Below are positions 37,601-46,870 of a DNA stretch of 64,000 nucleotides, in pieces; positions within the stretch are counted from its first letter, which is position 1, and each line of letters begins with the position of its first letter. The stretch comes from Obrimoposthia wandeli. Taxonomy: Eukaryota. Position numbers and translations under genes: made by a program. Below the pieces are notes generated by a model. It did not search any database and was not told the origin of the DNA. It was given only the letters and a program-made list of their open reading frames with translations. The stretch spans positions 1,612,001-1,676,000 of the forward strand of contig CDROCS010001491.1 of NCBI GenBank assembly GCA_977020255.1, read 5' to 3'.

Positions 37601-40600
37601 TAGAGTTGCTGTACGAAACTATAAAGCGGGAATACTGCGAGCACCTCAGCTCTCGGTTACCTGCCGACCAGGCCGCACTGCATATGGCGCTCTTATATGA
37701 CGCGCTAAGGGCCACTGCGCTCATCGACAAGAAACTGTTCGAGGACGTCTTTTTTGCCGGTAAGCCATGTGATATCTGATACAATGTGAAATATAATCTA
37801 ATATCAGTTATTCAGAATATACCTATTAAAAAATATACTTATTTCTACACTAAGTTGTAAACTACACAACTACACTTAGAAAGACGCCAATGGCCAGACA
37901 TTCACACACACGCTTGTGCGATTACAAATCACATAAAGTGCACAACAAATATTTGGCCCGATTGGCCAATTCAAATCAAATTTAAATTCATTACTAATTG
38001 CTGATTAAGCAAAAATCGTTTAATCATCCATTAGTCATCAACATAGCCACCCATGATCAGACCAATTCATCAACCAAAACAAATGCCCAAGACCGACCTC
38101 AACAAATCCACCCAAACTCTCAATTAAGCCAATTAACCCAATAAACGCCAGACATGAAAGTCGAAAGTAGAAATGGATGGGAGAAGGTTTGCTCGAAATT
38201 ATGTTGTTTTATTTATCTCTCATCGAGTATAGAACATTACCGTAAAATATAATTAGCCAGCTACAATAAATTGAAATCAAGATCAAGATAGTATGTAAAT
38301 TTTATAACTTGTAAAATATTAAAATATTATTTTACCTCTCACATTAAATTAGGTTTATTTAGAAATTTTCTAAAGGCTTCAAATCGTGTTGATGAAGCAT
38401 TCAGAGAAATACACAGAGTGACTTTCCCTGGAAGTTCAGAAGCAAAGTTAAAATAAATTTTGTTCAGCCAGATTTAAAAAATAAAAACATGAAGAATTTA
38501 AGAAGACATTTGACATTTGAAAATCAGATGAAAATATCAAATTCGTGATCAACGCAAAAACTACATCAGAAATCAAATAAAAATATTTCAGATTTTTTTA
38601 AAGTTTCAAAATTAATGTGATGAAACTGACAGAATAATACATTTTAAAGTATAGGCAAAGATGAGTAGGGAAGTAGAACATGATGGCATTAAAATAAGTA
38701 AGGGAAGTGTAAGACTTAATATTAAAATCTGAGCTTCATATAGTTTCTACTTACTAAAGATTAACCGGTGTTGTTTACGGTTTTGAAGGGATGCCTATAG
38801 CCAGTCCTTTGATTTTATAGATAGTTATAACATATTATGCTTAACTTTAAAATTTTGCTAATAGGGTGCTTCCTGTCATATGCACTGGGACAACCCCTAA
38901 AGAGCATTCAAAGAGCATTTTAATTCAAATATATGAATCGATAAATTTCAACATTTTCCCTCGTATGAATTTTATTTCCCTAACATTCTCATAATCCGTT
39001 CAAAATTTCCATTCTCCTTAAAAAGTCACCTAACATTTAAATTTGGCTAATTAATATTTTAATTAATATAATATGTATCTTATAAAAAAATTTTAAAAAT
39101 TGAAGAAAAATAGAAAAACTATAACCTTTAATTATGTATATATATTTATTTAATTAGAAACATTATATAAAAACAAAAATATAAATAAATTCAATTTATA
39201 CCGCAAACAAATCAGTTTTTCCTTGCTTTTAATTCTGCAAAATCTTTGACTAATTCTTCCATGGAATTTTTAAACTTTCGTTTTGAACACCGGCCGTCGG
39301 CTATCGCAAGGGCCTGATAATATGTATCTTTAAATTTTAAACTATTTCTTATTTATAAATTTAGTTTATACCGAATTTTTAAACTGTAACACACTGTAGA
39401 AAAGGGATGGCATATATTATTGCACATGACGTGTCAGATTTTTAGAGTGTGTGTATGATTATAATAATTATATACAGAAAACTCTGATATATTTCAATTA
39501 TAAAAAGTGAAACATTAGTTGAGCAAGAGTGCTTTTTATCGTTATTAAAAAGTGAAACTATTTAAAGTACCATTCTTAACACTACAAGGACCATCTGGGT
39601 CAAATCGACACACCTGTACTCTTTTTATACATGTAGCTGTTTTACACAGCAAAAAATATATCTACAGGGACCGACTGGTTCGAATCGACCCATACGGTAA
39701 TTTCTGATATATTATAATCTACGGCTACAAACTGCATGTGTAACAAATTATATTCCAAACGAATATCTTACAATCTACAAACAATTATATCCATGTAAAT
39801 CCAGGTGCCCCTTCAAACAATACAATGTGTCCAAATATTTTAGAAAAATGTTTAAAAAATGAAATATATTTACTTATACTTCAGTTAACTGCTTTTAATA
39901 TTTACTATTAATTTAATCAATGTAAAAATAATATAAATCAGTATAGAAAATATATTAACTATTTTTCATATTTGTTATACTAAATCACTGTCCATAAATT
40001 TTAGAAACAAATTTAAATATTTAAACTTAATTAATTTCTTTAAAATTATTTTGAAACGATTATTTTTTTTAGATCGTAACTTTTTGAATAAAAATACAAC
40101 TAACAAATGAGTTAACAAATGATTCACGTGTTCCATCAACAAAAAATGACACTATTATCCATAATTTTAAGTTAGAAAAATATTAAAATACAGATAATTC
40201 TAATAATATGAGCATGTAAAAGTGAGATAAAAACTCAATAACAATAATGTTTGATTTGATCTAAAGATTTCAAGCATATATTTTTACAGAATTTATATCA
40301 TTCACTACTGTGATAATTGTTCATAAAATTGACTTACAAAAATCTCACTCAAGCAATAGTTAATTCTTTTCTAAGTGAATATTTGTCAAATTTTATGAAG
40401 TAAATGATGCAATTTCTGAAATTCTGAATTAAAATTTATTTCGAGTTCTCGTTTGCAGATATGGTGCGTACGGTGCAAATTGTGCAGCTGTTGCCGATGA
40501 TTATGCGCACGAATGCCATGTTTACGAGTCGCAACAGCAGCGACACAAACAATGGAAAATCCAACAACATCGGCAGCAGTCAGCACGTACTGGGAACCAC

Positions 40601-40739
40601 AAAACCGTGCTCCATGGACCATAACAGCAGTGGGACATCGTTACCGACTCCCTCCACATCTTTGGGGCCGACTAATGGTCCACCAGCGACCATATCGTCT
40701 ATTCTGCACTCGCTTGGCTCTAGTCGACCTCCCATATGA
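1448..40739 (+). CDS. Host nuclear receptor, NR2C (TR2/TR4)/Hr78-like; 8 exons: 1448-1637, 25681-25841, 27494-27684, 29825-30169, 31463-31602, 34252-34380, 37562-37759, 40459-40739
   Basis: All junctions are GT-AG and phase-compatible; total 1635 nt = 545 codons. DBD: CLVCGDKSS|[21 protein letters not shown]...CRLQKCLQ|[13 protein letters not shown] (CEGCKG P-box, VQxERK T-box as in TR2/TR4/Hr78). LBD: [48 protein letters not shown]|[13 protein letters not shown]. The start codon is uncertain and an upstream exon is possible. Confidence 0.88.
2308..3196 (+). repeat. Left terminal inverted repeat of the Polinton, with fold-back hairpin and tandem subrepeats
   Basis: Reverse complement of 13757-14764. 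Hairpin centred on TCT at 2410-2412. About 12 copies of (G)TCTCCACCCTT between ~2490 and 2985. Confidence 0.93.
3254..6877 (-). CDS. polB: Protein-primed family B DNA polymerase (pPolB) with N-terminal Zn finger, terminal-protein region, C2H2 finger and endonuclease VII-like insert; broken by 3 frameshifts and 1 TAA
   Basis: ORF pieces 5420-6955, 4749-5393, 4420-4755, 3254-4234. Motifs YADFES (exo I), VFHNLRGYD (exo II), YLKTDVYLL (exo III), YIDVNNLYG (pol A), [10 protein letters not shown] (pol B), AGDTDS (pol C), [18 protein letters not shown] (Endo VII-like). Likely start is MSICKT at 6877. Confidence 0.95.
6978..7532 (+). CDS. TATA-binding protein (TBP)-like protein
   Basis: The second repeat aligns with the TBP core: [30 protein letters not shown] versus IQNI..IRL..L..SYEPELFPGL..P..IFVSGKIVLTG. 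The first repeat is degenerate (LTNI...[16 protein letters not shown]). The true stop may be at ~7419 if the A8 run at ~7404-7411 carries one extra A. Confidence 0.85.
   Translation: MLTNINYKGICLDDVSKLKFRTRPEQYVYKAKDYTILIFRNKKCRIMGCKVPIKNISYPLRINILGIQSITICENLDQSINLFKLWNVLRNTCSFDPEVFPGLRLNIFNPLCVNIFTSGKVVILGLRNLDFQNQVNDIMTYIKKNYINTKQFLIKSFNFKCLIKPFKSITSMICSSWHLHGFIQ
7457..7843 (+). CDS. Polinton hypothetical protein (128 aa), possibly OB-fold/SSB-like
   Basis: Intact ORF in the + strand gene run with TATAAATA 42 nt upstream. The fold guess rests only on a beta-strand-like pattern. Confidence 0.65.
   Translation: MSYKAVQKYYEYDMFFLASAWIHPMTMPVTLSKTLYNYRVSDFDDKDIQQFNEVVKYLKIDIELENEGIFMRGDKCKFYDCGGTKISDIQEDGRSWMLEIKILGYKINKQNETTLIWRIHTATEYFDV
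7924..8553 (+). CDS. A32/FtsK-HerA-type DNA packaging ATPase
   Basis: Walker A GPSGSGKT, Walker B IVIDD, RH motif ([14 protein letters not shown]), typical of Polinton ATPases. Confidence 0.95.
   Translation: MLLTNNSTFQVVGPSGSGKTLFVCKLLNSKMFKNKFNKIYWHQGGDGEAGLTNQEFNKIKNIKIINGFDENWTTRLVKGDVIVIDDLYQEANKESDFNDLFTKIARHREVTVIFITQNLFNQGGNHRTRNLNVHYLILFKNPRDQTVIDFIARQAFPHNKSYLIDAFHDATSLPHGYLFLNFTQSCPDDLRIVTDIFNRNGITVYKQNK
8574..8986 (+). CDS. Adenovirus pX-like core protein (Polinton small basic protein); 1-nt frameshift just after the ATG
   Basis: The frame is open from 8573. ATG at 8574 joins it if one T is added to the T run at 8579-8581. C-terminal [19 protein letters not shown] resembles the GGFLxxLIP motif of pX. 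Confidence 0.65.
9147..10171 (+). CDS. int: Retroviral-type (c-int) DDE integrase with C-terminal chromodomain; one in-frame TAA (9486-9488) and one frameshift (~10018)
   Basis: WQMDLM / IQTDEGKEF / VVERFNRTL catalytic triad. The shifted frame gives [30 protein letters not shown] (chromodomain), ending in TAA overlapping the penton ATG. Confidence 0.93.
10171..11187 (+). CDS. Minor capsid protein (penton, single jelly-roll; Polinton PX)
   Basis: N-terminal [31 protein letters not shown]-terminal [33 protein letters not shown] frameshift in the A7 run at ~11148-11154 restores ...[10 protein letters not shown]. Confidence 0.88.
11224..11580 (+). CDS. Polinton PZ / adenovirus pVI-like membrane-active protein
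   Basis: [32 protein letters not shown]: QxGG and QxGxG motifs followed by an amphipathic helix, located directly before the MCP as in other Mavericks. Confidence 0.7.
   Translation: MNTSIIKFYSKSQQGGELPYFIGKQYGSGWYQTISRLAIPFIKKFGLSAATSAANVIGETVGTALTNPKNIISSLKENTIKEVKTLIPKLKNNAVESLNKVANCVEQNGRVLNVKEII
11621..12841 (+). CDS. Major capsid protein (double jelly-roll, hexon-like; Polinton PY)
   Basis: Intact 406 aa. [31 protein letters not shown]-terminus and [19 protein letters not shown]-terminus, typical of Maverick MCPs. Confidence 0.92.
   Translation: MTSIKSELCIFDRSLPQVVIENSSFEEIFPINSITGKNLNDIEFNIHASEEDYLDLNDTLLNIKLKVVNEDGTDLMKDSDVTPENYMFQTLFRDVILTLNNVKVEGGNGTYTHKAIFDTLLNFSSDTKYTNLECSGYDDDAESRKQWISESKIFSLCNSIRLDFFDQPKYLIPGINVHLRFMRNQHNFSLYSETSKPIIQILDARLYVRRVKVDSSVMIGHQLGLQSQNAVYPIRKTQLVTYSIPQGSLELNKDQIFGDYRLPKFILIAFKDTPQGGKEYKVKSSTFNTFNVSTISLAKNTDYRETYNLDNNNFSLAYMQSIIRNMNILDKNVNNGIRFSDFKSGSSIFTFLLAPDFDINTTQVPKTGNLRLEIRFNSPLTVPTSVLIYGIFDSEIQITKNKTVIV
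12876..13207 (+). CDS. Adenain-like cysteine maturation protease (frameshifted, start codon apparently ATT)
   Basis: PGEHWIA (catalytic His). After a T-run frameshift at ~13055: FDPFG (Asp) and [10 protein letters not shown] (oxyanion Gln, catalytic Cys). Confidence 0.88.
13259..13711 (+). CDS. DEDD/DnaQ-like exonuclease-fold protein with C-terminal Cys/His cluster
   Basis: FIDLECF...YIPKELCI (DxE motif) and [15 protein letters not shown]. Homologs at 51139 and 56076. Confidence 0.7.
   Translation: MAFIDLECFIDNNGEYIPKELCIMYVNDMTCPFHYVFKNQIPWSSLSFTVKRKNLYLINHHHQLSWFEGESSDIHIDDVETIFYVMDSIDGKKINLVKRMFPNLRIVNYNKSFKNLKKMPKNIRCPFRKHGKHCAYLKCFSLCIDYVNCI
13757..14764 (-). repeat. Right terminal inverted repeat of the Polinton
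   Basis: Reverse complement of 2308-3196, with a near-perfect ~125-bp palindrome centred on AGA at 14661-14663 and more subrepeat copies. Confidence 0.93.
14830..16080 (-). pseudogene. hAT transposase relic (GTF2IRD2-like)
   Basis: [24 protein letters not shown] (BED-like), [17 protein letters not shown], and C-terminal [25 protein letters not shown] (hAT dimerisation motif). Confidence 0.82.
18048..18592 (-). pseudogene. piggyBac (PGBD-like) transposase relic
   Basis: [30 protein letters not shown] resembles the DNxFTS motif. Downstream SKGDFDV and [13 protein letters not shown] resemble KGGVD and NAwiiy. Confidence 0.65.
19601..21460 (+). mobile_element. Orphan Polinton TIR of a related subfamily (one end only)
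   Basis: Begins AGTAGGTAGAAGGATGGAGTCTAG and shares the CACACCATAAGGG units. 21330-21460 matches the inner TIR at 3040-3190. No partner end with a CATAAC TSD found. Confidence 0.75.
20591..21170 (+). repeat. Tandem duplication of a ~291-bp AT-rich unit, with a partial third copy at ~21490
   Basis: GTGAAAAA(T)...ATACTTGTAATTTTCTAAAATAAAAATATTTT recurs at 20591, 20882 and ~21490. Confidence 0.8.
22328..22821 (+). repeat. Minisatellite, 4 x 123 bp
   Basis: AACTTCATGTTATTCAAAG starts at 22328, 22451, 22574 and 22697. Confidence 0.95.
23020..23800 (+). repeat. Decayed GAAT/CAAGTA-rich repeat region with a ~566-bp duplication
   Basis: GAATGCAGGGTCAAGTACAAGTAAGAAAG at ~23023 and ~23587; many GAAT and CAAGTA subunits. 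Confidence 0.65.
25681..25841 (+). CDS. Nuclear receptor exon 2 (DNA-binding domain)
   Basis: Acceptor [27 protein letters not shown]...CLQ, donor GTACAT. Confidence 0.92.
26213..26995. mobile_element. Degenerate MITE-like element with ~160-bp inverted arms
   Basis: 26255-26375 (GACTTTAACTAATATTT...CACGACTTTGTACATAGC) is complementary to 26826-26950 (GCTATGTACAAAGTCGTG...AAATATTAGTTAAAGT). Exact termini not resolved. Confidence 0.55.
27494..27684 (+). CDS. Nuclear receptor exon 3 (T-box/hinge)
   Basis: [16 protein letters not shown]...; CAG acceptor and GTGAGT donor. Confidence 0.88.
28144..28319. mobile_element. 176-bp non-autonomous Polinton-type hairpin element (mini-Polinton/MITE)
   Basis: Ends AGTAGGTGGATGTGTCCGG...CCGGACACATCCACCTACT, 6-bp TSD AATGTA on both sides, whole element self-complementary. 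Confidence 0.88.
28380..29455 (+). pseudogene. Chapaev3-like (CMC) DNA transposon relic
   Basis: Fragmentary translation [36 protein letters not shown] and [22 protein letters not shown], motifs I associate with Chapaev3 transposases. Confidence 0.65.
29825..30169 (+). CDS. Nuclear receptor exon 4 (hinge and LBD helices 3-4)
   Basis: ...[26 protein letters not shown] aligns with TR2/4 YICESASRLLFLSMHWARSIPSF; donor GTGAGG. Confidence 0.88.
31463..31602 (+). CDS. Nuclear receptor exon 5 (LBD)
   Basis: [22 protein letters not shown]...; polypyrimidine-CAG acceptor and GTAAGA donor. Not in the ORF track. Confidence 0.82.
32091..32597 (-). pseudogene. Inverted ~505-bp duplicate of exon 2 (DBD) and its flanks, inside intron 5 of the same gene
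   Basis: Reverse complement of ~25392-25905. Exon copy carries S>W (VFWCEGC) and F>S (KNSRN) changes. Confidence 0.92.
32690..33125 (+). pseudogene. mariner transposase relic
   Basis: [49 protein letters not shown]. Confidence 0.8.
34252..34380 (+). CDS. Nuclear receptor exon 6 (LBD)
   Basis: [17 protein letters not shown] aligns with D..EYAYLKAIVLFSPD; donor GTAACT. Confidence 0.85.
35900..36330 (+). pseudogene. Possible second mariner relic
   Basis: [14 protein letters not shown] resembles the mariner C-terminal GI..LV.RWDKCI. Heavily decayed. Confidence 0.4.
37562..37759 (+). CDS. Nuclear receptor exon 7 (LBD helices 9-11)
   Basis: IELLYE...[23 protein letters not shown]; acceptor GACAG, donor GTAAGC. 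Confidence 0.85.
40459..40739 (+). CDS. Nuclear receptor exon 8 (helix 12/AF-2 and F domain)
   Basis: [16 protein letters not shown] aligns with GLIGNVQIDSVIPYIL; stop TGA at 40737-40739. Confidence 0.85.
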
Positions 40740-41929
40740 ATTGCATCCTCCAAAAATCGATATTTCAACCCCTCCAAATGCTCACTGAGTAGAATAAAAA
40801 TCCACATTGTACATATTACTTGAGATAAGAGTCACAAACCGATAAAACACATGTAAACGTTTCTTACTGCATTTCAGATTCAAAAATGATCCGTTATACA
40901 CAATGAAAATGGCTGAAAAACGTTTCGGTTATTAAGATGTATCAATAAATGTAAAATCGAAATGAATGCATATCTTTAAAGTCAACCGATTTCCCGTACA
41001 CAATAATCTTGTTACACTTACATATTTGTCCATTTTTTGAATTATCGGTCAAAGTTTTCTATTGGGATTGGAGCTCACGAAACAACGCCAATAAATGTGT
41101 AAATAATCTACTACCTTCCCATTTAAAACATCTGATCATTATGAAAGCTGTATATTGCTTAGCTCAAAATCTGACATTTACCAGCGCATTTTGATAACTA
41201 AATGTTTCAAATTATCTATGATTAATTTTATTTAAAATTACACTTATTTTTCGTTTCTTTTAAATGTAATTGTATTGCTTAAACCTTGATCATAGTTACG
41301 TCTTTCAATTTCTGTGTAAATACATACAGCATCAAAGTCAGCAGTACAATTGTAAACCATCGGTTTTTCTTTGTGATTTCGCCAAATGTTTTATTGACGT
41401 TAATGCTTCAATTAAACAGTTTTCTTCATTTCTATATATTTTCTATTATGCTAATACAATATATATTCAGTGACAATCTGATAATCAGTTTCTAACTGAA
41501 TATTGCTCTTGGATCTTCTTTATCAGATAACTTTTCATACTCTATTTTTTGTCAAAATAAACCCTACTTGTCTTGATTTCAATTTATTTGTTCACTTGTC
41601 AAAATTTGATAAGTATTGTTCAACTTGATAAATGAAATTAATAAATTGGATACTTTCTGAGAGGATCTAAGTTTACATGAATCATTTCAACATTTCAGTT
41701 AGGCGTATTTTAATTAATTCAATCAACTCTACTCGATTAAAGAAACACAAGTTCAATTTGCTTTAAATAAATCGATAAATATGTTAATTGGACGTTTAAA
41801 GAAAAAAGGATGACAACTATTATTCAATCGACGGATTTTTTAAAAGTTTTTTCATAATTGGACATAAATTTTCTTATAGTTTTTCGACTAGAAATAGTTT
41901 GTATAAGTTTTCTAGATCTAAATTTGTTT

Positions 41930-43368
41930 CGTTTTGTATATTAATTTCAAATCACATTGCTCGGTATGCACATCAAAATAGTAATAAAATATCGATTTAT
42001 TTCAAGTATGCTCGAAAGTTTTTCAATTTTCGTACTAAGAATGATCATTAAGAAAAATCGTTTTAAAGCATAATTTATTTTCAATTGAAAAATGTACGGC
42101 CCATCTTCAATTGGTAAAAAAATTCTATAGTATAAGAAGTACATAAAAGTACTATACTAGAAGTACAATACTAGCAGACAGACACACATGTTAATGTAGT
42201 ACTAAAAGTGGGCAATTAATCTTGATGGCCAAACCCCATTTAGACAAAACTAACCTAAATCAAAATCTCCGCCAGGAAGATCCGGCACAGAGTGTTAATG
42301 AGAGGGTATATAAATCCTGAAATTTGGGAGATGGATATATTGTATACCAGTGAAAACTAGATTGTTTTTCGAAATCAGCAAAATACGAAAACCTATTCTT
42401 GAAGAAAATGGACGAATGCAAATCTCCATTACAGTATTTGGAAGATGAAATGCCACAACTTCAGGCAGCGTGTAATGCATACGACAATTCATATACACAA
42501 TAACAGCAAGGTACAAGAACGCCAAGGTAATGAAAGATGCTGAGAAAGATTCCATCAATATGCACTCCAATTTATACCTAATGCTAGACCTATTGGATAT
42601 AATCCAGCACATCTAAAATTACCTTTTGGCGCATACGATGGTACGACCTTTTGTTTTGTATATTAATTTCAAATCACATTGCTCGGTATGCACATCAAAA
42701 TAGTAATAAAATATCGATTTATTTCAAGTATGCTCGAAAGTTTTTCAATTTTCGTACTAAGAATGATCATTAAGAAAAATCGTTTTAAAGCATAATTTAT
42801 TTTCAATTGAAAAATGTACGGCCCATCTTCAATTGGTAAAAAAATTCTATAGTATAAGAAGTACATAAAAGTACTATACTAGAAGTACAATACTAGCAGA
42901 CAAACACACATGTTACTGTAGTACTAAAAGTGGGCAATTAATCTTGATGGCCAAACCCCATTTAGACAAAACTAACCTAAATCAAAATCTCCGCCAGGAA
43001 GATCCGGCACAGAGTGTTAATGAGAGGGTATATAAATCCTGAAATTTGGGAGATGGATATATTGTATACCAGTGAAAACTAGATTGTTTTTCGAAATCAG
43101 CAAAATACGAAAACCTATTCTTGAAGAAAATGGACGAATGCAAATCTCCATTACAGTATTTGGAAGATGAAATGCCACAACTTCAGGCAGCGTGCAATGC
43201 ATACGACAATTCATATACACAATAACAGCAAGGTACAAGAACGCCAAGGTAATGAAAGATGCTGAGAAAGATTCCATCAATATGCACTCCAATTTATACC
43301 TAATGCTAGACCTATTGGATATAATCCAGCACATCTAAAATTACCTTTTGGCGCATACGATGGTACGA
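41930..43368 (+). repeat. Near-identical 722-bp tandem duplication covering the Gypsy 5' region and gag start
   Basis: 41930-42646 repeats at 42652-43368; ORF pairs 41947/42669 and 42295/43017 are near-identical. Confidence 0.95.
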
Positions 43369-46300
43369 TCTCAGGACTATTAAGCTTCATCAACCAGTAT
43401 CAATTATTTGCGAATACACTTAATTGGAATGAAAGGACACAATGCGACAGATTCCTCTTACATCTGAAAATTACTGCTATCCAAGCATGTTTGAAAATAG
43501 ACCCACGAAGAAGAAGAAATTGAAATCAATTAATTTGAGAAACAACTAGTCAATGGTGACAAGAAATTCATTGCAACTAGAAGTTTCAGAACACGTGACC
43601 AACGAAGCGATGAAAATGTAACGCAGTACGCATTCAATCTGCATAAATTAGCTGCTGAAGCATTCCCAGCACTCGGAAACTAATACATTGATACATTTTT
43701 AATATACCAGTTCCTTCTTCGAGTGAAACAACTTATCAAAACCCCACTGATGCTAGCAGATGTTACGACATTTTACGAAATACTTCAAAAACGATGTCAG
43801 GTAGAGTCACGAATGGGGTACGGTCAAATGTAAATGGAATGATGATTGAAATAAAAGAAATACAGCTCTCAATATCAATAAACCTAATTACAGTGATTAA
43901 AATTACGACAGACATCAGAAACGAACATACCAAGAGAAAACATTTCACACAGACAATAAACACGATAGACCTATTTACACAAATAAATATCAAGCATTAC
44001 AAAATATCAACAATTTTAAACACCCCAAAATGATAGGAATTTTAAACCAAATCAAGCATGTTTTGACAAGAATAAAAATAAACCATTCTATAATAATAAA
44101 AATAATACAAATTATTATATTAAAAATCATGGTCATACAATTGACTACTGTTGGTTCTTAAAAAATAATAATTTAAACAATATGAATTATAATTAAAATA
44201 CACAAAATGATTATAGTAAAGTAAGATTTGATAAAGAACCCCCTAAACAAGTCAATACAAACTTCGCCCAACTGATAGAAAATGATGAATAAATACGACA
44301 TTTAGAATCGGTTATAAAATATCAAAATATCAAATAACAGCGAGAGGAAGAAAACGAAATACTGATAGTCATGAAAACGAAAACCCCGAAGATGAGATGG
44401 CGATCCTCGACATCAAGCAGTGGAAGCCCCGGGACCGGCGAATCATCAGAATGTGCCATTGTAATGATGTTTGCTCTGAATTGCGTAATAGGAACCAATC
44501 CAAAAATAATTATCCAACTAAATGGAAAAAGTAGATTAGCGCTGATAGATACTGAAACCTCCACAACATTAGTAAATAACAACATTGTAAGCAAATACCA
44601 GAGAAAAATTATACAACCAACTAACTATATAATAAATACAATGAGTGGTAACAAATTCAAATCTGAACGATCAGTATCATGTTCAATAGGCATATGTAAT
44701 AGAATAATTGAACAAAATATTATAGTCGTTAAAAACTTACCGTTTCCATTTATAATAAGAATGAATATTCTCGCACAATTAAAATGTGCTGTATTTGACC
44801 CTACAATTAACAAATTAAAGTTCGAAGGGGAAGATACTATCAATTCAAAGGAAGTAGTTTTGGACGAAGACCTATCAGGTTCAAAATGGTGTGAAATATC
44901 ACTGACAGAACGACTACAAGAAACAAAAATTATGTTTGAACTAAATCGAGACTTCGAAGATAAATATAATCTTTTTTTGACCCCAACAGTTAATGTTCCC
45001 AATCAAGGAAATATTTGCGTAAGGATGGCGAACTGTAACATGACTAATATATGCCTTAATAAAGGCATTAAAATTGGAAATCTAACTCATATAGATCAAA
45101 ATGATATTTACCAGAATGATTATCAAATCCACAGGATCAAAGATCTGAAAATTCGAAATAATCTTCTTACGAATGATGAAAAAGGGAAACTTATTAAATT
45201 TCTCTTAAAATATGACACTGTATTTGCTGAACATAACTACGATTTAGGAAAAACGACATTGATAAAACATCTAATACCACTTAATAGTAATAATTTGATA
45301 AATCAAAAACCATATAGCATATACATTAAAGGATGAAGTCAAATGCCAAGTACAAAAAATGAAGGACAATAAGATAATACGACCTATTTTTTCATCATGG
45401 GCTTCTCCCATTGTAATGCTGAATAAAAAAGATGGAACCATGAGATTTTATGTAGATTATAGAAAATTGAATTCAGCTTCCAAAACGGACACGTACTCAC
45501 TACAAAGAATCAGCGAAATTATGTAAATTATGTAATGCACAATACTTAAATATTATAGCTACAAAGCTGTTATTGGCAAATAGAAATTGAAGAAGAAGAT
45601 TAATACTAAACGGCTTCTACGACAGGAGAAAGAATTTTTGAATTCAATGTGTTACCATTTGGACTTACTGGTGGTCCCTCCACATTTCAAATATGTATGA
45701 ACTACATATTAATGAATGCAACCATGATATGGTGTATATAGATGATATTATGATATTTTCAAAAACCTTTTAAAAGCATTCTAAAGATATTGAAGAAATA
45801 CTAGAAAGACAACAAATATCTGAACTTAAATTAAAACTAAAAATGTGAATGGGCACAATCAGTATCGTTTCTGGGCCATGTGGTATCAAAAGATGGAATT
45901 AAACCAGACCCATCAATTGTAGAAAAGTTTAGTTCCTTCCCTATCCCGAAAACGTAAAAGACATCCAAAGCTTTTTAAGACTCACCTGTTACTACAGAAA
46001 GTTTATACAAAATTTTGCAAAAATAGAGGAACCATTATATTTACTAATAAGATATTAACTTTGTGTGAAGAAAAAAACAACAAAGTTCATTTGACTAATT
46101 AAAATACATTCTCACTACTTATCCAATATTACGATTTTCATATATGAACAAAATATTCATCATCATGACTGGCGCAAGTTTTTATGTGTTAGGAGCAGTA
46201 TTAGTTCAAAAAGACAATAATGAAAAAGAATATGTAATTGCCTATGCAAGTCGAAGCTTAAAATCACACAAAAATAACTACTCTACAATATAAAAAGAAG

Positions 46301-46853
46301 CATTAGCAATTGTAATTGCTGTCAAACAATTTCACCACTATATATGGTCACCACTTACAATGGCTAATGCAACACAAATATAGAACAAGCCAACTCATAA
46401 GATGGGCCCTTTGCTTACAAGAATATGGACTCTTAATAAATTATAGAAAATAAAAGGCTAATGCAAATGCAGATTGTTTGTCGAGAATATTGTAAAAAGA
46501 ATCTCATGGTAACTTTATTACATGTGAACCAGATACACATAAAATAGCTGATTATCAACAAAAAGACCCTGAAACTAATAAAGAGATAATTAAATTACAA
46601 AAAAGAGGAAATAGTTCATCAAAAACTAATTACATATTAAACGATAATATACTATACTACAAACCCCACGAAAAACAACTTTTAGTAATACCAAAAGATC
46701 TAATCGATGACTTATTAATGCACTATCACGATGGGATTTTGGGTGGTCACAGATAAAACACAGGAAAACACTTAATCACTTATGCGAACATTACTATTGG
46801 TCCAATATAGAACGTGACATGAAGAGTTGATGCAAGACATGTAATGTATGCAT

Positions 46854-46870
46854 AGTAGGTACTACCTACT
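46854..46870. mobile_element. 17-bp fused Polinton termini (AGTAGGTA + CTACCTACT) inserted in the Gypsy integrase Zn finger
   Basis: Exact match to 8 nt of the left end plus 9 nt of the right end of the 2308-14764 element. Flanks ATGCAT / GCGCAT (imperfect 6-bp TSD). Removing 23 nt restores CKTCNVCMFQK. Confidence 0.65.

Noticed and set aside
42180-42230. Gypsy LTR end and primer-binding site
   Set aside because: No convincing TG...CA LTR pair or tRNA-complementary PBS could be identified, and there is no second LTR in the window.
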